This document shows positions 10,180 through 26,500 of a DNA stretch of 64,000 nt, one piece after another. The stretch comes from Auanema rhodensis (Eukaryota; Animalia; Nematoda), in NCBI GenBank assembly GCA_964057225.1, contig OZ059896.1, positions 20,522,001 to 20,586,000 of the forward strand, written 5' to 3'. The position numbers and the translations under genes are program-made. The notes below the pieces were generated by a model. It did not search any database. It was given only the letters and a program-made list of their open reading frames with translations, and was not told the origin of the DNA. Every line of letters begins with the position of its first letter. Within the stretch, counting starts at the first letter, position 1.

Positions 10180-13100
10180 TTACATCAGTTGATATCTCGG
10201 TGCATTTTTAAGCTAGCGCAAATCTGATAACACAGATCGACGCAGCTTAAAAATCCGCATCGAATGCACTATACTACATTGAGAAACGCTTAATACAAAA
10301 ATTAGTTATGATCGTTTGAAAAATGATGCATTAGTGTATGTTGAGTTTCCATGTACACTCAACATTGCTTCCAAAAACATTTTGACAAAAATTTTTTCGA
10401 AAAATTTCAAAATAATTCAGCAAAAAGTAGATGTTTTTAGATTCCTTTTTTCAAGGCAAAGACGATGGACAATGTTATTCAACGAAAAAATTAATTCTTC
10501 AGGGTGAAAATCGAGGATATAAGTGTGAACTTATATCAGTTGATATCTCGGTGCATTTTTAAGCTAGCGCAAATCTGATAACACAGATCGACGCAGCTCA
10601 AAAATCCGCATCGAATGCACTATACTACATTGAGAAACGTTTGAAACAAAAATTAGTTATGATCGTTTGAAAAATGATGCATTAGTGTATGTTGAGTTTC
10701 CATGTACACTCAACATTGCTTCCAAAAACATTTTGACAAAAATTTTTTCGAAAAATTTCAAAATAATTTAGCAAAAAGTAGATGTTTTTAGATTCCTTTT
10801 TTCAAGGCAAAGACGATGGACAATGTTATTCAACGAAAAAATTAATTCTTCAGGGTGAAAATCGAGGATATAAGTGTGAACTTACATCAGTTGATATCTC
10901 GGTGCATTTTTAAGCTAGCGCAAATCTGATAACACAGATCGACGCAGCTTAAAAATCCGCATCGAATGCACTATACTACATTGAGAAACGTTTGATACAA
11001 AAATTAGTTATGATCGTTTGAAAAATGATGCATTAGTGTATGTTGAGTTTCCATGTACACTCAACATTGCTTCCAAAAACATTTTGACAAAAATTTTTTC
11101 GAAAAATTTCAAAATAATTTAGCAAAAAGTAGATGTTTTTAGATTCCTGTTTTTAAGGCAAAGACGATGGACAATGTTATTCAACGAAAAAATTAATTCT
11201 TCAGGGTGAAAATCGAGGATATAAGTGTGAACTTATATCAGTTGATATCTCGGTGCATTTTTAAGCTAGCGCAAATCTGATAACACAGATCGACGCAGCT
11301 TAAAAATCCGCATCGAATGCACTATACTACATTGAGAAACGTTTGATACAAAAATTAGTTATGATCGTTTGAAAAATGATGCATTAGTGTATGTTAAGTT
11401 TCCATGTACACTCAACATTGCTTCCAAAAACATTTTGACAAAAATTTTTTCGAAAAATTTCAAAATAATTTAGCAAAAAGTAGATGTTTTTAGATTCCTT
11501 TTTTCTAGGCAAAGACGATGGACAATGTTATTCAACGAAAAAATTAATTCTTCAGGGTGAAAATCGAGGATATAAGTGTGAACTTACATCAGTTGATATC
11601 TCGGTGCATTTTTAAGCTAGCGCAAATCTGATAACACAGATCGACGCAGCTTAAAAATCCGCATCGAATGCACTATACTACATTGAGAAACGCTTAATAC
11701 AAAAATTAGTTATGATCGTTTGAAAAATGATGCATTAGTGTATGTTGAGTTTCCATGTACACTCAACATTGCTTCCAAAAACATTTTGACAAAAATTTTT
11801 TCGAAAAATTTCAAAATAATTCAGCAAAAAGTAGATGTTTTTAAATTCCTTTTTTCAAGGCAAAGACGATGGACAATGTTATTCAACGAAAAAATTAATT
11901 CTTCAGGGTGAAAATCGAGGATATAAGTGTGAACTTATATCAGTTGATATCTCGGTGCATTTTTAAGCTAGCGCAAATCTGATAACACAGATCGACGCAG
12001 CTCAAAAATCCGCATCGAATGCACTATACTACATTGAGAAACGTTTGAAACAAAAATTAGTTATGATCGTTTGAAAAATGATGCATTAGTGTATGTTGAG
12101 TTTCCATGTACACTCAACATTGCTTCCAAAAACATTTTGACAAAAATTTTTTCGAAAAATTTCAAAATAATTTAGCAAAAAGTAGATGTTTTTAGATTCC
12201 TTTTTTCAAGGCAAAGACGATGGACAATGTTATTCAACGAAAAAATTAATTCTTCAGGGTGAAAATCGAGGATATAAGTGTGAACTTACATCAGTTGATA
12301 TCTCGGTGCATTTTTAAGCTAGCGCAAATCTGATAACACAGATCGACGCAGCTTAAAAATCCGCATCGAATGCACTATACTACATTGAGAAACGCTTGAT
12401 ACAAAAATTAGTTATGATCGTTTGAAAAATGATGCATTAGTGTATGTTGAGTTTCCATGTACACTCAACATTGCTTCCAAAAACATTTTGACAAAAATTT
12501 TTTCGAAAAATTTCAAAATAATTCAGCAAAAAGTAGATGTTTTTAGATTCCTTTTTTCAAGGCAAAGACGATGGACAATGTTATTCAACGAAAAAATTAA
12601 TTCTTCAGGGTGAAAATCGAGGATATAAGTGTGAACTTATATCAGTTGATATCTCGGTGCATTTTTAAGCTAGCGCAAATCTGATAACACAGATCGACGC
12701 AGCTCAAAAATCCGCATCGAATGCACTATACTACATTGAGAAACGTTTGAAACAAAAATTAGTTATGATCGTTTGAAAAATGATGCATTAGTGTATGTTG
12801 AGTTTCCATGTACACTCAACATTGCTTCCAAAAACATTTTGACAAAAATTTTTTCGAAAAATTTCAAAATAATTTAGCAAAAAGTAGATGTTTTTAGATT
12901 CCTTATTTCAAGGCAAAGACGATGGACAATGTTATTCAACGAAAAAATTAATTCTTCAGGGTGAAAATCGAGGATATAAGTGTGAACTTACATCAGTTGA
13001 TATCTCGGTGCATTTTTAAGCTAGCGCAAATCTGATAACACAGATCGACGCAGCTTAAAAATCCGCATCGAATGCACTATACTACATTGAGAAACGTTTG

Positions 13101-16100
13101 ATACAAAAATTAGTTATGATCGTTTGAAAAATGATGCATTAGTGTATGTTGAGTTTCCATGTACACTCAACATTGCTTCCAAAAACATTTTGACAAAAAT
13201 TTTTTCGAAAAATTTCAAAATAATTTAGCAAAAAGTAGATGTTTTTAGATTCCTGTTTTTAAGGCAAAGACGATGGACAATGTTATTCAACGAAAAAATT
13301 AATTCTTCAGGGTGAAAATCGAGGATATAAGTGTGAACTTATATCAGTTGATATCTCGGTGCATTTTTAAGCTAGCGCAAATCTGATAACACAGATCGAC
13401 GCAGCTTAAAAATCCGCATCGAATGCACTATACTACATTGAGAAACGTTTGATACAAAAATTAGTTATGATCGTTTGAAAAATGATGCATTAGTGTATGT
13501 TAAGTTTCCATGTACACTCAACATTGCTTCCAAAAACATTTTGACAAAAATTTTTTCGAAAAATTTCAAAATAATTTAGCAAAAAGTAGATGTTTTTAGA
13601 TTCCTGTTTTTAAGGCAAAGACGATGGACAATGTTATTCAACGAAAAAATTAATTCTTCAGGGTGAAAATCGAGGATATAAGTGTGAACTTATATCAGTT
13701 GATATCTCGGTGCATTTTTAAGCTAGCGCAAATCTGATAACACAGATCGACGCAGCTTAAAAATTCGCATCGAATGCACTATACTACATTGAGAAACGCT
13801 TGATACAAAAATTAGTTATGATCGTTTGAAAAATGATGCATTAGTGTATGTTGAGTTTCCATGTACACTCAACATTGCTTCCAAAAACATTTTGACAAAA
13901 ATTTTTTCGAAAAATTTCAAAATAATTTAGCAGAAAGTAGATGTTTTTAGATTCCTGTTTTTAAGGCAAAGACGATGGACAATGTTATTCAACGAAAAAA
14001 TTAATTCTTCAGGGTGAAAATCGAGGATATAAGTGTGAACTTATATCAGTTGATATCTCGGTGCATTTTTAAGCTAGCGCAAATCTGATAACACAGATCG
14101 ACGCAGCTTAAAAATCCGCATCGAATGCACTATACTACATTGAGAAACGTTTGATACAAAAATTAGTTATGATCGTTTGAAAAATGATGCATTAGTGTAT
14201 GTTAAGTTTCCATGTACACTCAACATTGCTTCCAAAAACATTTTGACAAAAATTTTTTCGAAAAATTTCAAAATAATTTAGCAAAAAGTAGATGTTTTTA
14301 GATTCCTGTTTTTAAGGCAAAGACGATGGACAATGTTATTCAACGAAAAAATTAATTCTTCAGGGTGAAAATCGAGGATATAAGTGTGAACTTATATCAG
14401 TTGATATCTCGGTGCATTTTTAAGCTAGCGCAAATCTGATAACACAGATCGACGCAGCTCAAAAATCCGCATCGAATGCACTATACTACATTGAGAAACG
14501 TTTGAAACAAAAATTAGTTATGATCGTTTGAAAAATGATGCATTAGTGTATGTTGAGTTTCCATGTACACTCAACATTGCTTCCAAAAACATTTTGACAA
14601 AAATTTTTTCGAAAAATTTCAAAATAATTTAGCAAAAAGTAGATGTTTTTAGATTCCTTTTTTCAAGGCAAAGACGATGGACAATGTTATTCAACGAAAA
14701 AATTAATTCTTCAGGGTGAAAATCGAGGATATAAGTGTGAACTTACATCAGTTGATATCTCGGTGCATTTTTAAGCTAGCGCAAATCTGATAACACAGAT
14801 CGACGCAGCTTAAAAATCCGCATCGAATGCACTATACTACATTGAGAAACGTTTGATACAAAAATTAGTTATGATCGTTTGAAAAATGATGCATTAGTGT
14901 ATGTTGAGTTTCCATGTACACTCAACATTGCTTCCAAAAACATTTTGACAAAAATTTTTTCGAAAAATTTCAAAATAATTTAGCAAAAAGTAGATGTTTT
15001 TAGATTCCTGTTTTTAAGGCAAAGACGATGGACAATGTTATTCAACGAAAAAATTAATTCTTCAGGGTGAAAATCGAGGATATAAGTGTGAACTTATATC
15101 AGTTGATATCTCGGTGCATTTTTAAGCTAGCGCAAATCTGATAACACAGATCGACGCAGCTTAAAAATCCGCATCGAATGCACTATACTACATTGAGAAA
15201 CGTTTGATACAAAAATTAGTTATGATCGTTTGAAAAATGATGCATTAGTGTATGTTAAGTTTCCATGTACACTCAACATTGCTTCCAAAAACATTTTGAC
15301 AAAAATTTTTTCGAAAAATTTCAAAATAATTTAGCAAAAAGTAGATGTTTTTAGATTCCTTTTTTCTAGGCAAAGACGATGGACAATGTTATTCAACGAA
15401 AAAATTAATTCTTCAGGGTGAAAATCGAGGATATAAGTGTGAACTTACATCAGTTGATATCTCGGTGCATTTTTAAGCTAGCGCAAATCTGATAACACAG
15501 ATCGACGCAGCTTAAAAATCCGCATCGAATGCACTATACTACATTGAGAAACGCTTAATACAAAAATTAGTTATGATCGTTTGAAAAATGATGCATTAGT
15601 GTATGTTGAGTTTCCATGTACACTCAACATTGCTTCCAAAAACATTTTGACAAAAATTTTTTCGAAAAATTTCAAAATAATTCAGCAAAAAGTAGATGTT
15701 TTTAGATTCCTTTTTTCAAGGCAAAGACGATGGACAATGTTATTCAACGAAAAAATTAATTCTTCAGGGTGAAAATCGAGGATATAAGTGTGAACTTATA
15801 TCAGTTGATATCTCGGTGCATTTTTAAGCTAGCGCAAATCTGATAACACAGATCGACGCAGCTTAAAAATCCGCATCGAATGCACTATACTACATTGAGA
15901 AACGTTTGAAACAAAAATTAGTTATGATCGTTTGAAAAATGATGCATTAGTGTATGTTGAGTTTCCATGTACACTCAACATTGCTTCCAAAAACATTTTG
16001 ACAAAAATTTTTTCGAAAAATTTCAAAATAATTTAGCAAAAAGTAGATGTTTTTAGATTCCTTTTTTCAAGGCAAAGACGATGGACAATGTTATTCAACG

Positions 16101-19100
16101 AAAAAATTAATTCTTCAGGGTGAAAATCGAGGATATAAGTGTGAACTTACATCAGTTGATATCTCGGTGCATTTTTAAGCTAGCGCAAATCTGATAACAC
16201 AGATCGACGCAGCTTAAAAATCCGCATCGAATGCACTATACTATATTGAGAAACGCTTGATACAAAAATTAGTTATGATCGTTTGAAAAATGATGCATTA
16301 GTGTATGTTGAGTTTCCATGTACACTCAACATTGCTTCCAAAAACATTTTGACAAAAATTTTTTCGAAAAATTTCAAAATAATTTAGCAAAAAGTAGATG
16401 TTTTTAGATTCCTTTTTTCTAGGCAAAGACGATGGACAATGTTATTCAACGAAAAAATTAATTCTTCAGGGTGAAAATCGAGGATATAAGTGTGAACTTA
16501 CATCAGTTGATATCTCGGTGCATTTTTAAGCTAGCGCAAATCTGATAACACAGATCGACGCAGCTTAAAAATCCGCATCGAATGCACTATACTACATTGA
16601 GAAACGTTTGAAACAAAAATTAGTTATGATCGTTTGAAAAATGATGCATTAGTGTATGTTGAGTTTCCATGTACACTCAACATTGCTTCCAAAAACATTT
16701 TGACAAAAATTTTTTCGAAAAATTTCAAAATAATTTAGCAAAAAGTAGATGTTTTTAGATTCCTTTTTTCAAGGCAAAGACGATGGACAATGTTATTCAA
16801 CGAAAAAATTAATTCTTCAGGGTGAAAATCGAGGATATAAGTGTGAACTTACATCAGTTGATATCTCGGTGCATTTTTAAGCTAGCGCAAATCTGATAAC
16901 ACAGATCGACGCAGCTTAAAAATCCGCATCGAATGCACTATACTACATTGAGAAACGTTTGATACAAAAATTAGTTATGATCGTTTGAAAAATGATGCAT
17001 TAGTGTATGTTGAGTTTCCATGTACACTCAACATTGCTTCCAAAAACATTTTGACAAAAATTTTTTCGAAAAATTTCAAAATAATTTAGCAAAAAGTAGA
17101 TGTTTTTAGATTCCTGTTTTTAAGGCAAAGACGATGGACAATGTTATTCAACGAAAAAATTAATTCTTCAGGGTGAAAATCGAGGATATAAGTGTGAACT
17201 TATATCAGTTGATATCTCGGTGCATTTTTAAGCTAGCGCAAATCTGATAACACAGATCGACGCAGCTTAAAAATCCGCATCGAATGCACTATACTACATT
17301 GAGAAACGTTTGATACAAAAATTAGTTATGATCGTTTGAAAAATGATGCATTAGTGTATGTTAAGTTTCCATGTACACTCAACATTGCTTCCAAAAACAT
17401 TTTGACAAAAATTTTTTCGAAAAATTTCAAAATAATTTAGCAAAAAGTAGATGTTTTTAGATTCCTGTTTTTAAGGCAAAGACGATGGACAATGTTATTC
17501 AACGAAAAAATTAATTCTTCAGGGTGAAAATCGAGGATATAAGTGTGAACTTATATCAGTTGATATCTCGGTGCATTTTTAAGCTAGCGCAAATCTGATA
17601 ACACAGATCGACGCAGCTTAAAAATTCGCATCGAATGCACTATACTACATTGAGAAACGCTTGATACAAAAATTAGTTATGATCGTTTGAAAAATGATGC
17701 ATTAGTGTATGTTGAGTTTCCATGTACACTCAACATTGCTTCCAAAAACATTTTGACAAAAATTTTTTCGAAAAATTTCAAAATAATTTAGCAAAAAGTA
17801 GATGTTTTTAGATTCCATTTTTCAAGGCAAAGACGATGGACAATGTTATTTAACGAAAAAATTAATTCTTCAGGGTGAAAATCGAGGATATAAGTGTAAA
17901 CTTATATCAGTTGATATCTCGGTGCATTTTTAAGCTAGCGCAAATCTGATAACACAGATCGACGCAGCTTAAAAATCCGCATCGAATGCACTATACTACA
18001 TTGAGAAACGCTTGATACAAAAATTAGTTATGATCGTTTGAAAAATGATGCATTAGTGTATGTTGAGTTTCCATGTACACTCAACATTGCTTCCAAAAAC
18101 ATTTTGACAAAAATTTTTTCGAAAAATTTCAAAATAATTTAGCAAAAAGTAGATGTTTTTAGATTCCTTTTTTCTAGGCAAAGACGATGGACAATGTTAT
18201 TCAACGAAAAAATTAATTCTTCAGGGTGAAAATCGAGGATATAAGTGTGAACTTATATCAGTTGATATCTCGGTGCATTTTTAAGCTAGCGCAAATCTGA
18301 TAACACAGATCGACGCAGCTTAAAAATTCGCATCGAATGCACTATACTACATTGAGAAACGCTTGATACAAAAATTAGTTATGATCGTTTGAAAAATGAT
18401 GCATTAGTGTATGTTGAGTTTCCATGTACACTCAACATTGCTTCCAAAAACATTTTGACAAAAATTTTTTCGAAAAATTTCAAAATAATTTAGCAAAAAG
18501 TATATGTTTTTAGATTCCTTTTTTCTAGGCAAAGACGATGGACAATGTTATTCAACGAAAAAATTAATTCTTCAGGGTGAAAATCGAGGATATAAGTGTG
18601 AACTTACATCAGTTGATATCTCGGTGCATTTTTAAGCTAGCGCAAATCTGATAACACAGATCGACGCAGCTTAAAAATCCGCATCGAATGCACTATACTA
18701 CATTGAGAAACGCTTAATACAAAAATTAGTTATGATCGTTTGAAAAATGATGCATTAGTGTATGTTGAGTTTCCATGTACACTCAACATTGCTTCCAAAA
18801 ACATTTTGACAAAAATTTTTTCGAAAAATTTCAAAATAATTCAGCAAAAAGTAGATGTTTTTAGATTCCTTTTTTCAAGGCAAAGACGATGGACAATGTT
18901 ATTCAACGAAAAAATTAATTCTTCAGGGTGAAAATCGAGGATATAAGTGTGAACTTATATCAGTTGATATCTCGGTGCATTTTTAAGCTAGCGCAAATCT
19001 GATAACACAGATCGACGCAGCTCAAAAATCCGCATCGAATGCACTATACTACATTGAGAAACGTTTGAAACAAAAATTAGTTATGATCGTTTGAAAAATG

Positions 19101-22100
19101 ATGCATTAGTGTATGTTGAGTTTCCATGTACACTCAACATTGCTTCCAAAAACATTTTGACAAAAATTTTTTCGAAAAATTTCAAAATAATTTAGCAAAA
19201 AGTAGATGTTTTTAGATTCCTTTTTTCAAGGCAAAGACGATGGACAATGTTATTCAACGAAAAAATTAATTCTTCAGGGTGAAAATCGAGGATATAAGTG
19301 TGAACTTACATCAGTTGATATCTCGGTGCATTTTTAAGCTAGCGCAAATCTGATAACACAGATCGACGCAGCTTAAAAATCCGCATCGAATGCACTATAC
19401 TACATTGAGAAACGTTTGATACAAAAATTAGTTATGATCGTTTGAAAAATGATGCATTAGTGTATGTTGAGTTTCCATGTACACTCAACATTGCTTCCAA
19501 AAACATTTTGACAAAAATTTTTTCGAAAAATTTCAAAATAATTTAGCAAAAAGTAGATGTTTTTAGATTCCTGTTTTTAAGGCAAAGACGATGGACAATG
19601 TTATTCAACGAAAAAATTAATTCTTCAGGGTGAAAATCGAGGATATAAGTGTAAACTTATATCAGTTGATATCTCGGTGCATTTTTAAGCTAGCGCAAAT
19701 CTGATAACACAGATCGACGCAGCTTAAAAATCCGCATCGAATGCACTATACTACATTGAGAAACGCTTGATACAAAAATTAGTTATGATCGTTTGAAAAA
19801 TGATGCATTAGTGTATGTTGAGTTTCCATGTACACTCAACATTGCTTCCAAAAACATTTTGACAAAAATTTTTTCGAAAAATTTCAAAATAATTTAGCAA
19901 AAAGTAGATGTTTTTAGATTCCTTTTTTCTAGGCAAAGACGATGGACAATGTTATTCAACGAAAAAATTAATTCTTCAGGGTGAAAATCGAGGATATAAG
20001 TGTGAACTTACATCAGTTGATATCTCGGTGCATTTTTAAGCTAGCGCAAATCTGATAACACAGATCGACGCAGCTTAAAAATCCGCATCGAATGCACTAT
20101 ACTACATTGAGAAACGTTTGATACAAAAATTAGTTATGATCGTTTGAAAAATGATGCATTAGTGTATGTTGAGTTTCCATGTACACTCAACATTGCTTCC
20201 AAAAACATTTTGACAAAAATTTTTTCGAAAAATTTCAAAATAATTTAGCAAAAAGTAGATGTTTTTAGATTCCTGTTTTTAAGGCAAAGACGATGGACAA
20301 TGTTATTCAACGAAAAAATTAATTCTTCAGGGTGAAAATCGAGGATATAAGTGTAAACTTATATCAGTTGATATCTCGGTGCATTTTTAAGCTAGCGCAA
20401 ATCTGATAACACAGATCGACGCAGCTTAAAAATCCGCATCGAATGCACTATACTACATTGAGAAACGCTTGATACAAAAATTAGTTATGATCGTTTGAAA
20501 AATGATGCATTAGTGTATGTTGAGTTTCCATGTACACTCAACATTGCTTCCAAAAACATTTTGACAAAAATTTTTTCGAAAAATTTCAAAATAATTTAGC
20601 AAAAAGTAGATGTTTTTAGATTCCTTTTTTCTAGGCAAAGACGATGGACAATGTTATTCAACGAAAAAATTAATTCTTCAGGGTGAAAATCGAGGATATA
20701 AGTGTGAACTTACATCAGTTGATATCTCGGTGCATTTTCAAGCTAGCGCAAATCTGATAACACAGATCGACGCAGCTTAAAAATCCGCATCGAATGCACT
20801 ATACTACATTGAGAAACGCTTAATACAAAAATTAGTTATGATCGTTTGAAAAATGATGCATTAGTGTATGTTGAGTTTCCATGTACACTCAACATTGCTT
20901 CCAAAAACATTTTGACAAAAATTTTTTCGAAAAATTTTAAAATAATTTAGGAAAAAGTAGATGTTTTTAGATTCCTTTTTTCAAGGCAAAGACGATGGAC
21001 AATGTTATTCAACGAAAAAATCAATTCTTCAGGGTGAAAATCGAGGATATAAGTGTGAACTTATATCAGTTGATATCTCGGTGCATTTTTAAGCTAGCGC
21101 AAATCTGATAACACAGATCGACGCAGCTTAAAAATCCGCATCGAATGCACTATACTACATTGAGAAACGCTTGATACAAAATTTAGTTATGATCGTTTGA
21201 AAAATGATGCATTAGTGTATGTTGAGTTTCCATGTACACTCAACATTGCTTCCAAAAACATTTTGACAAAAATTTTTTCGAAAAATTTCAAAATAATTTA
21301 GGAAAAAGTAGATGTTTTTAGATTCCTTTTTTCAAGGCAAAGACGATGGACAATATTATTCAACGAAAAAATTAATTCTTCAGGGTGAAAATCGAGGATA
21401 TAAGTGTGAACTTATATCAGTTGATATCTCGGTGCATTTTTAAGCTAGCGCAAATCTGATAACACAGATCGACGCAGCTCAAAAATCCGCATCGAATGCA
21501 CTATACTACATTGAGAAACGTTTGATACAAAAATTAGTTATGATCGTTTGAAAAATGATGCATTAGTGTATGTTGAGTTTCCATGTACACTCAACATTGC
21601 TTCCAAAAACATTTTGACAAAAATTTTTTCGAAAAATTTCAAAATAATTTAGCAAAAAGTAGATGTTTTTAGATTCCTTTTTTCAAGGCAAAGACGATGG
21701 ACAATGTTATTCAACTAAAAAATTAATTCTTCAGGGTGAAAATCGAGGATATAAGTGTGAACTTACATCAGTTGATATCTCGGTGCATTATTAAGCTAGC
21801 GCAAATCTGATAACACAGATCGACGCAGCTTAAAAATCCGCATCGAATGCACTATACTACATTGAGAAACGTTTGATACAAAAATTAGTTATGATCGTTT
21901 GAAAAATGATGCATTAGTGTATGTTGAGTTTCCATGTACACTCAACATTGCTTCCAAAAACATTTTGACAAAAATTTTTTCGAAAAATTTCAAAATAATT
22001 TAGCAAAAAGTAGATGTTTTTAGATTCCTGTTTTTAAGGCAAAGACGATGGACAATGTTATTCAACGAAAAAATTAATTCTTCAGGGTGAAAATCGAGGA

Positions 22101-23517
22101 TATAAGTGTGAACTTATATCAGTTGATATCTCGGTGCATTTTTAAGCTAGCGCAAATCTGATAACACAGATCGACGTAGCTTAAAAATCCGCATCGAATG
22201 CACTATTCTACATTGAGAAACGCTTAATACAAAAATTAGTTATGATCGTTTGAAAAATGATGCATTAGTGTATGTTGAGTTTCCATGTACACTCAACATT
22301 GCTTCCAAAAACATTTTGACAAAAATTTTTTCGAAAAATTTCAAAATAATTCAGCAAAAAGTAGATGTTTTTAGATTCCTTTTTTCAAGGCAAAGACGAT
22401 GGACAATGTTATTCAACGAAAAAATTAATTCTTCAGGGTGAAAATCGAGGATATAAGTGTGAACTTATATCAGTTGATATCTCGGTGCATTTTTAAGCTA
22501 GCGCAAATCTGATAACACAGATCGACGCAGCTCAAAAATCCGCATCGAATGCACTATACTACATTGAGAAACGTTCGAAACAAAAATTAGTTATGATCGT
22601 TTGAAAAATGATGCATTAGTGTATGTTGAGTTTCCATGTACACTCAACATTGCTTCCAAAAACATTTTGACAAAAATTTTTTCGAAAAATTTCAAAATAA
22701 TTTAGCAAAAAGTAGATGTTTTTAGATTCCTTTTTTCAAGGCAAAGACGATGGACAATGTTATTCAACGAAAAAATTAATTCTTCAGGGTGAAAATCGAG
22801 GATATAAGTGTGAACTTACATCAGTTGATATCTCGGTGCATTTTTAAGCTAGCGCAAATCTGATAACACAGATCGACGCAGCTTAAAAATCCGCATCGAA
22901 TGCACTATACTACATTGAGAAACGTTTGATACAAAAATTAGTTATGATCGTTTGAAAAATGATGCATTAGTGTATGTTGAGTTTCCATGTACACTCAACA
23001 TTGCTTCCAAAAACATTTTGACAAAAATTTTTTCGAAAAATTTCAAAATAATTTAGCAAAAAGTAGATGTTTTTAGATTCCTGTTTTTAAGGCAAAGACG
23101 ATGGACAATGTTATTCAACGAAAAAATTAATTCTTCAGGGTGAAAATCGAGGATATAAGTGTGAACTTATATCAGTTGATATCTCGGTGCATTTTTAAGC
23201 TAGCGCAAATCTGATAACACAGATCGACGCAGCTTAAAAATCCGCATCGAATGCACTATACTACATTGAGAAACGTTTGATACAAAAATTAGTTATGATC
23301 GTTTGAAAAATGATGCATTAGTGTATGTTAAGTTTCCATGTACACTCAACATTGCTTCCAAAAACATTTTGACAAAAATTTTTTCGAAAAATTTCAAAAT
23401 AATTTAGCAAAAAGTAGATGTTTTTAGATTCCTGTTTTTAAGGCAAAGACGATGGACAATGTTATTTAACGAAAAAATTAATTCTTCAGGGTGAAAATCG
23501 AGGATATAAGTGTAAAC

Positions 23518-26500
23518 TTATATCAGTTGATATCTCGGTGCATTTTTAAGCTAGCGCAAATCTGATAACACAGATCGACGCAGCTTAAAAATCCGCATCG
23601 AATGCACTATACTACATTGAGAAACGCTTGATACAAAAATTAGTTATGATCGTTTGAAAAATGATGCATTAGTGTATGTTGAGTTTCCATGTACACTCAA
23701 CATTGCTTCCAAAAACATTTTGACAAAAATTTTTTCGAAAAATTTCAAAATAATTTAGCAAAAAGTAGATGTTTTTAGATTCCTTTTTTCTAGGCAAAGA
23801 CGATGGACAATGTTATTCAACGAAAAAATTAATTCTTCAGGGTGAAAATCGAGGATATAAGTGTGAACTTATATCAGTTGATATCTCGGTGCATTTTTAA
23901 GCTAGCGCAAATCTGATAACACAGATCGACGCAGCTTAAAAATTCGCATCGAATGCACTATACTACATTGAGAAACGCTTGATACAAAAATTAGTTATGA
24001 TCGTTTGAAAAATGATGCATTAGTGTATGTTGAGTTTCCATGTACACTCAACATTGCTTCCAAAAACATTTTGACAAAAATTTTTTCGAAAAATTTCAAA
24101 ATAATTTAGCAAAAAGTATATGTTTTTAGATTCCTTTTTTCTAGGCAAAGACGATGGACAATGTTATTCAACGAAAAAATTAATTCTTCAGGGTGAAAAT
24201 CGAGGATATAAGTGTGAACTTACATCAGTTGATATCTCGGTGCATTTTTAAGCTAGCGCAAATCTGATAACACAGATCGACGCAGCTTAAAAATCCGCAT
24301 CGAATGCACTATACTACATTGAGAAACGCTTAATACAAAAATAAGTTATGATCGTTTGAAAAATGATGCATTAGTGTATGTTGAGTTTCCATGTACACTC
24401 AACATTGCTTCCAAAAACATTTTGACAAAAATTTTTTCGAAAAATTTCAAAATAATTCAGCAAAAAGTAGATGTTTTTAGATTCCTTTTTTCAAGGCAAA
24501 GACGATGGACAATGTTATTCAACGAAAAAATTAATTCTTCAGGGTGAAAATCGAGGATATAAGTGTGAACTTATATCAGTTGATATCTCGGTGCATTTTT
24601 AAGCTAGCGCAAATCTGATAACACAGATCGACGCAGCTCAAAAATCCGCATCGAATGCACTATACTACATTGAGAAACGTTTGAAACAAAAATTAGTTAT
24701 GATCGTTTGAAAAATGATGCATTAGTGTATGTTGAGTTTCCATGTACACTCAACATTGCTTCCAAAAACATTTTGACAAAAATTTTTTCGAAAAATTTCA
24801 AAATAATTTAGCAAAAAGTAGATGTTTTTAGATTCCTTTTTTCAAGGCAAAGACGATGGACAATGTTATTCAACGAAAAAATTAATTCTTCAGGGTGAAA
24901 ATCGAGGATATAAGTGTGAACTTACATCAGTTGATATCTCGGTGCATTTTTAAGCTAGCGCAAATCTGATAACACAGATCGACGCAGCTTAAAAATCCGC
25001 ATCGAATGCACTATACTACATTGAGAAACGTTTGATACAAAAATTAGTTATGATCGTTTGAAAAATGATGCATTAGTGTATGTTGAGTTTCCATGTACAC
25101 TCAACATTGCTTCCAAAAACATTTTGACAAAAATTTTTTCGAAAAATTTCAAAATAATTTAGCAAAAAGTAGATGTTTTTAGATTCCTGTTTTTAAGGCA
25201 AAGACGATGGACAATGTTATTCAACGAAAAAATTAATTCTTCAGGGTGAAAATCGAGGATATAAGTGTAAACTTATATCAGTTGATATCTCGGTGCATTT
25301 TTAAGCTAGCGCAAATCTGATAACACAGATCGACGCAGCTTAAAAATCCGCATCGAATGCACTATACTACATTGAGAAACGCTTGATACAAAAATTAGTT
25401 ATGATCGTTTGAAAAATGATGCATTAGTGTATGTTGAGTTTCCATGTACACTCAACATTGCTTCCAAAAACATTTTGACAAAAATTTTTTCGAAAAATTT
25501 CAAAATAATTTAGCAAAAAGTAGATGTTTTTAGATTCCTTTTTTCTAGGCAAAGACGATGGACAATGTTATTCAACGAAAAAATTAATTCTTCAGGGTGA
25601 AAATCGAGGATATAAGTGTGAACTTACATCAGTTGATATCTCGGTGCATTTTTAAGCTAGCGCAAATCTGATAACACAGATCGACGCAGCTTAAAAATCC
25701 GCATCGAATGCACTATACTACATTGAGAAACGCTTAATACAAAAATTAGTTATGATCGTTTGAAAAATGATGCATTAGTGTATGTTGAGTTTCCATGTAC
25801 ACTCAACATTGCTTCCAAAAACATTTTGACAAAAATTTTTTCGAAAAATTTCAAAATAATTTAGGAAAAAGTAGATGTTTTTAGATTCCTTTTTTCAAGG
25901 CAAAGACGATGGACAATGTTATTCAACGAAAAAATCAATTCTTCAGGGTGAAAATCGAGGATATAAGTGTGAACTTATATCAGTTGATATCTCGGTGCAT
26001 TTTTAAGCTAGCGCAAATCTGATAACACAGATCGACGCAGCTTAAAAATCCGCATCGAATGCACTATACTACATTGAGAAACGCTTAATACAAAAATTAG
26101 TTATGATCGTTTGAAAAATGATGCATTAGTGTATGTTGAGTTTCCATGTACACTCAACATTGCTTCCAAAAACATTTTGACAAAAATTTTTTCGAAAAAT
26201 TTCAAAATAATTTAGGAAAAAGTAGATGTTTTTAGATTCCTTTTTTCAAGGCAAAGACGATGGACAATATTATTCAACGAAAAAATTAATTCTTCAGGGT
26301 GAAAATCGAGGATATAAGTGTGAACTTATATCAGTTGATATCTCGGTGCATTTTTAAGCTAGCGCAAATCTGATAACACAGATCGACGCAGCTTAAAAAT
26401 CCGCATCGAATGCACTATACTACATTGAGAAACGCTTGATACAAAAATTAGTTATGATCGTTTGAAAAATGATGCATTAGTGTATGTTGAGTTTCCATGT

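Noticed and set aside
22573-22581. Exact B-box core GTTCGAAAC in m65
   Set aside because: It is created by a single private SNP (T112C) in one of ~182 copies, which is consistent with chance.
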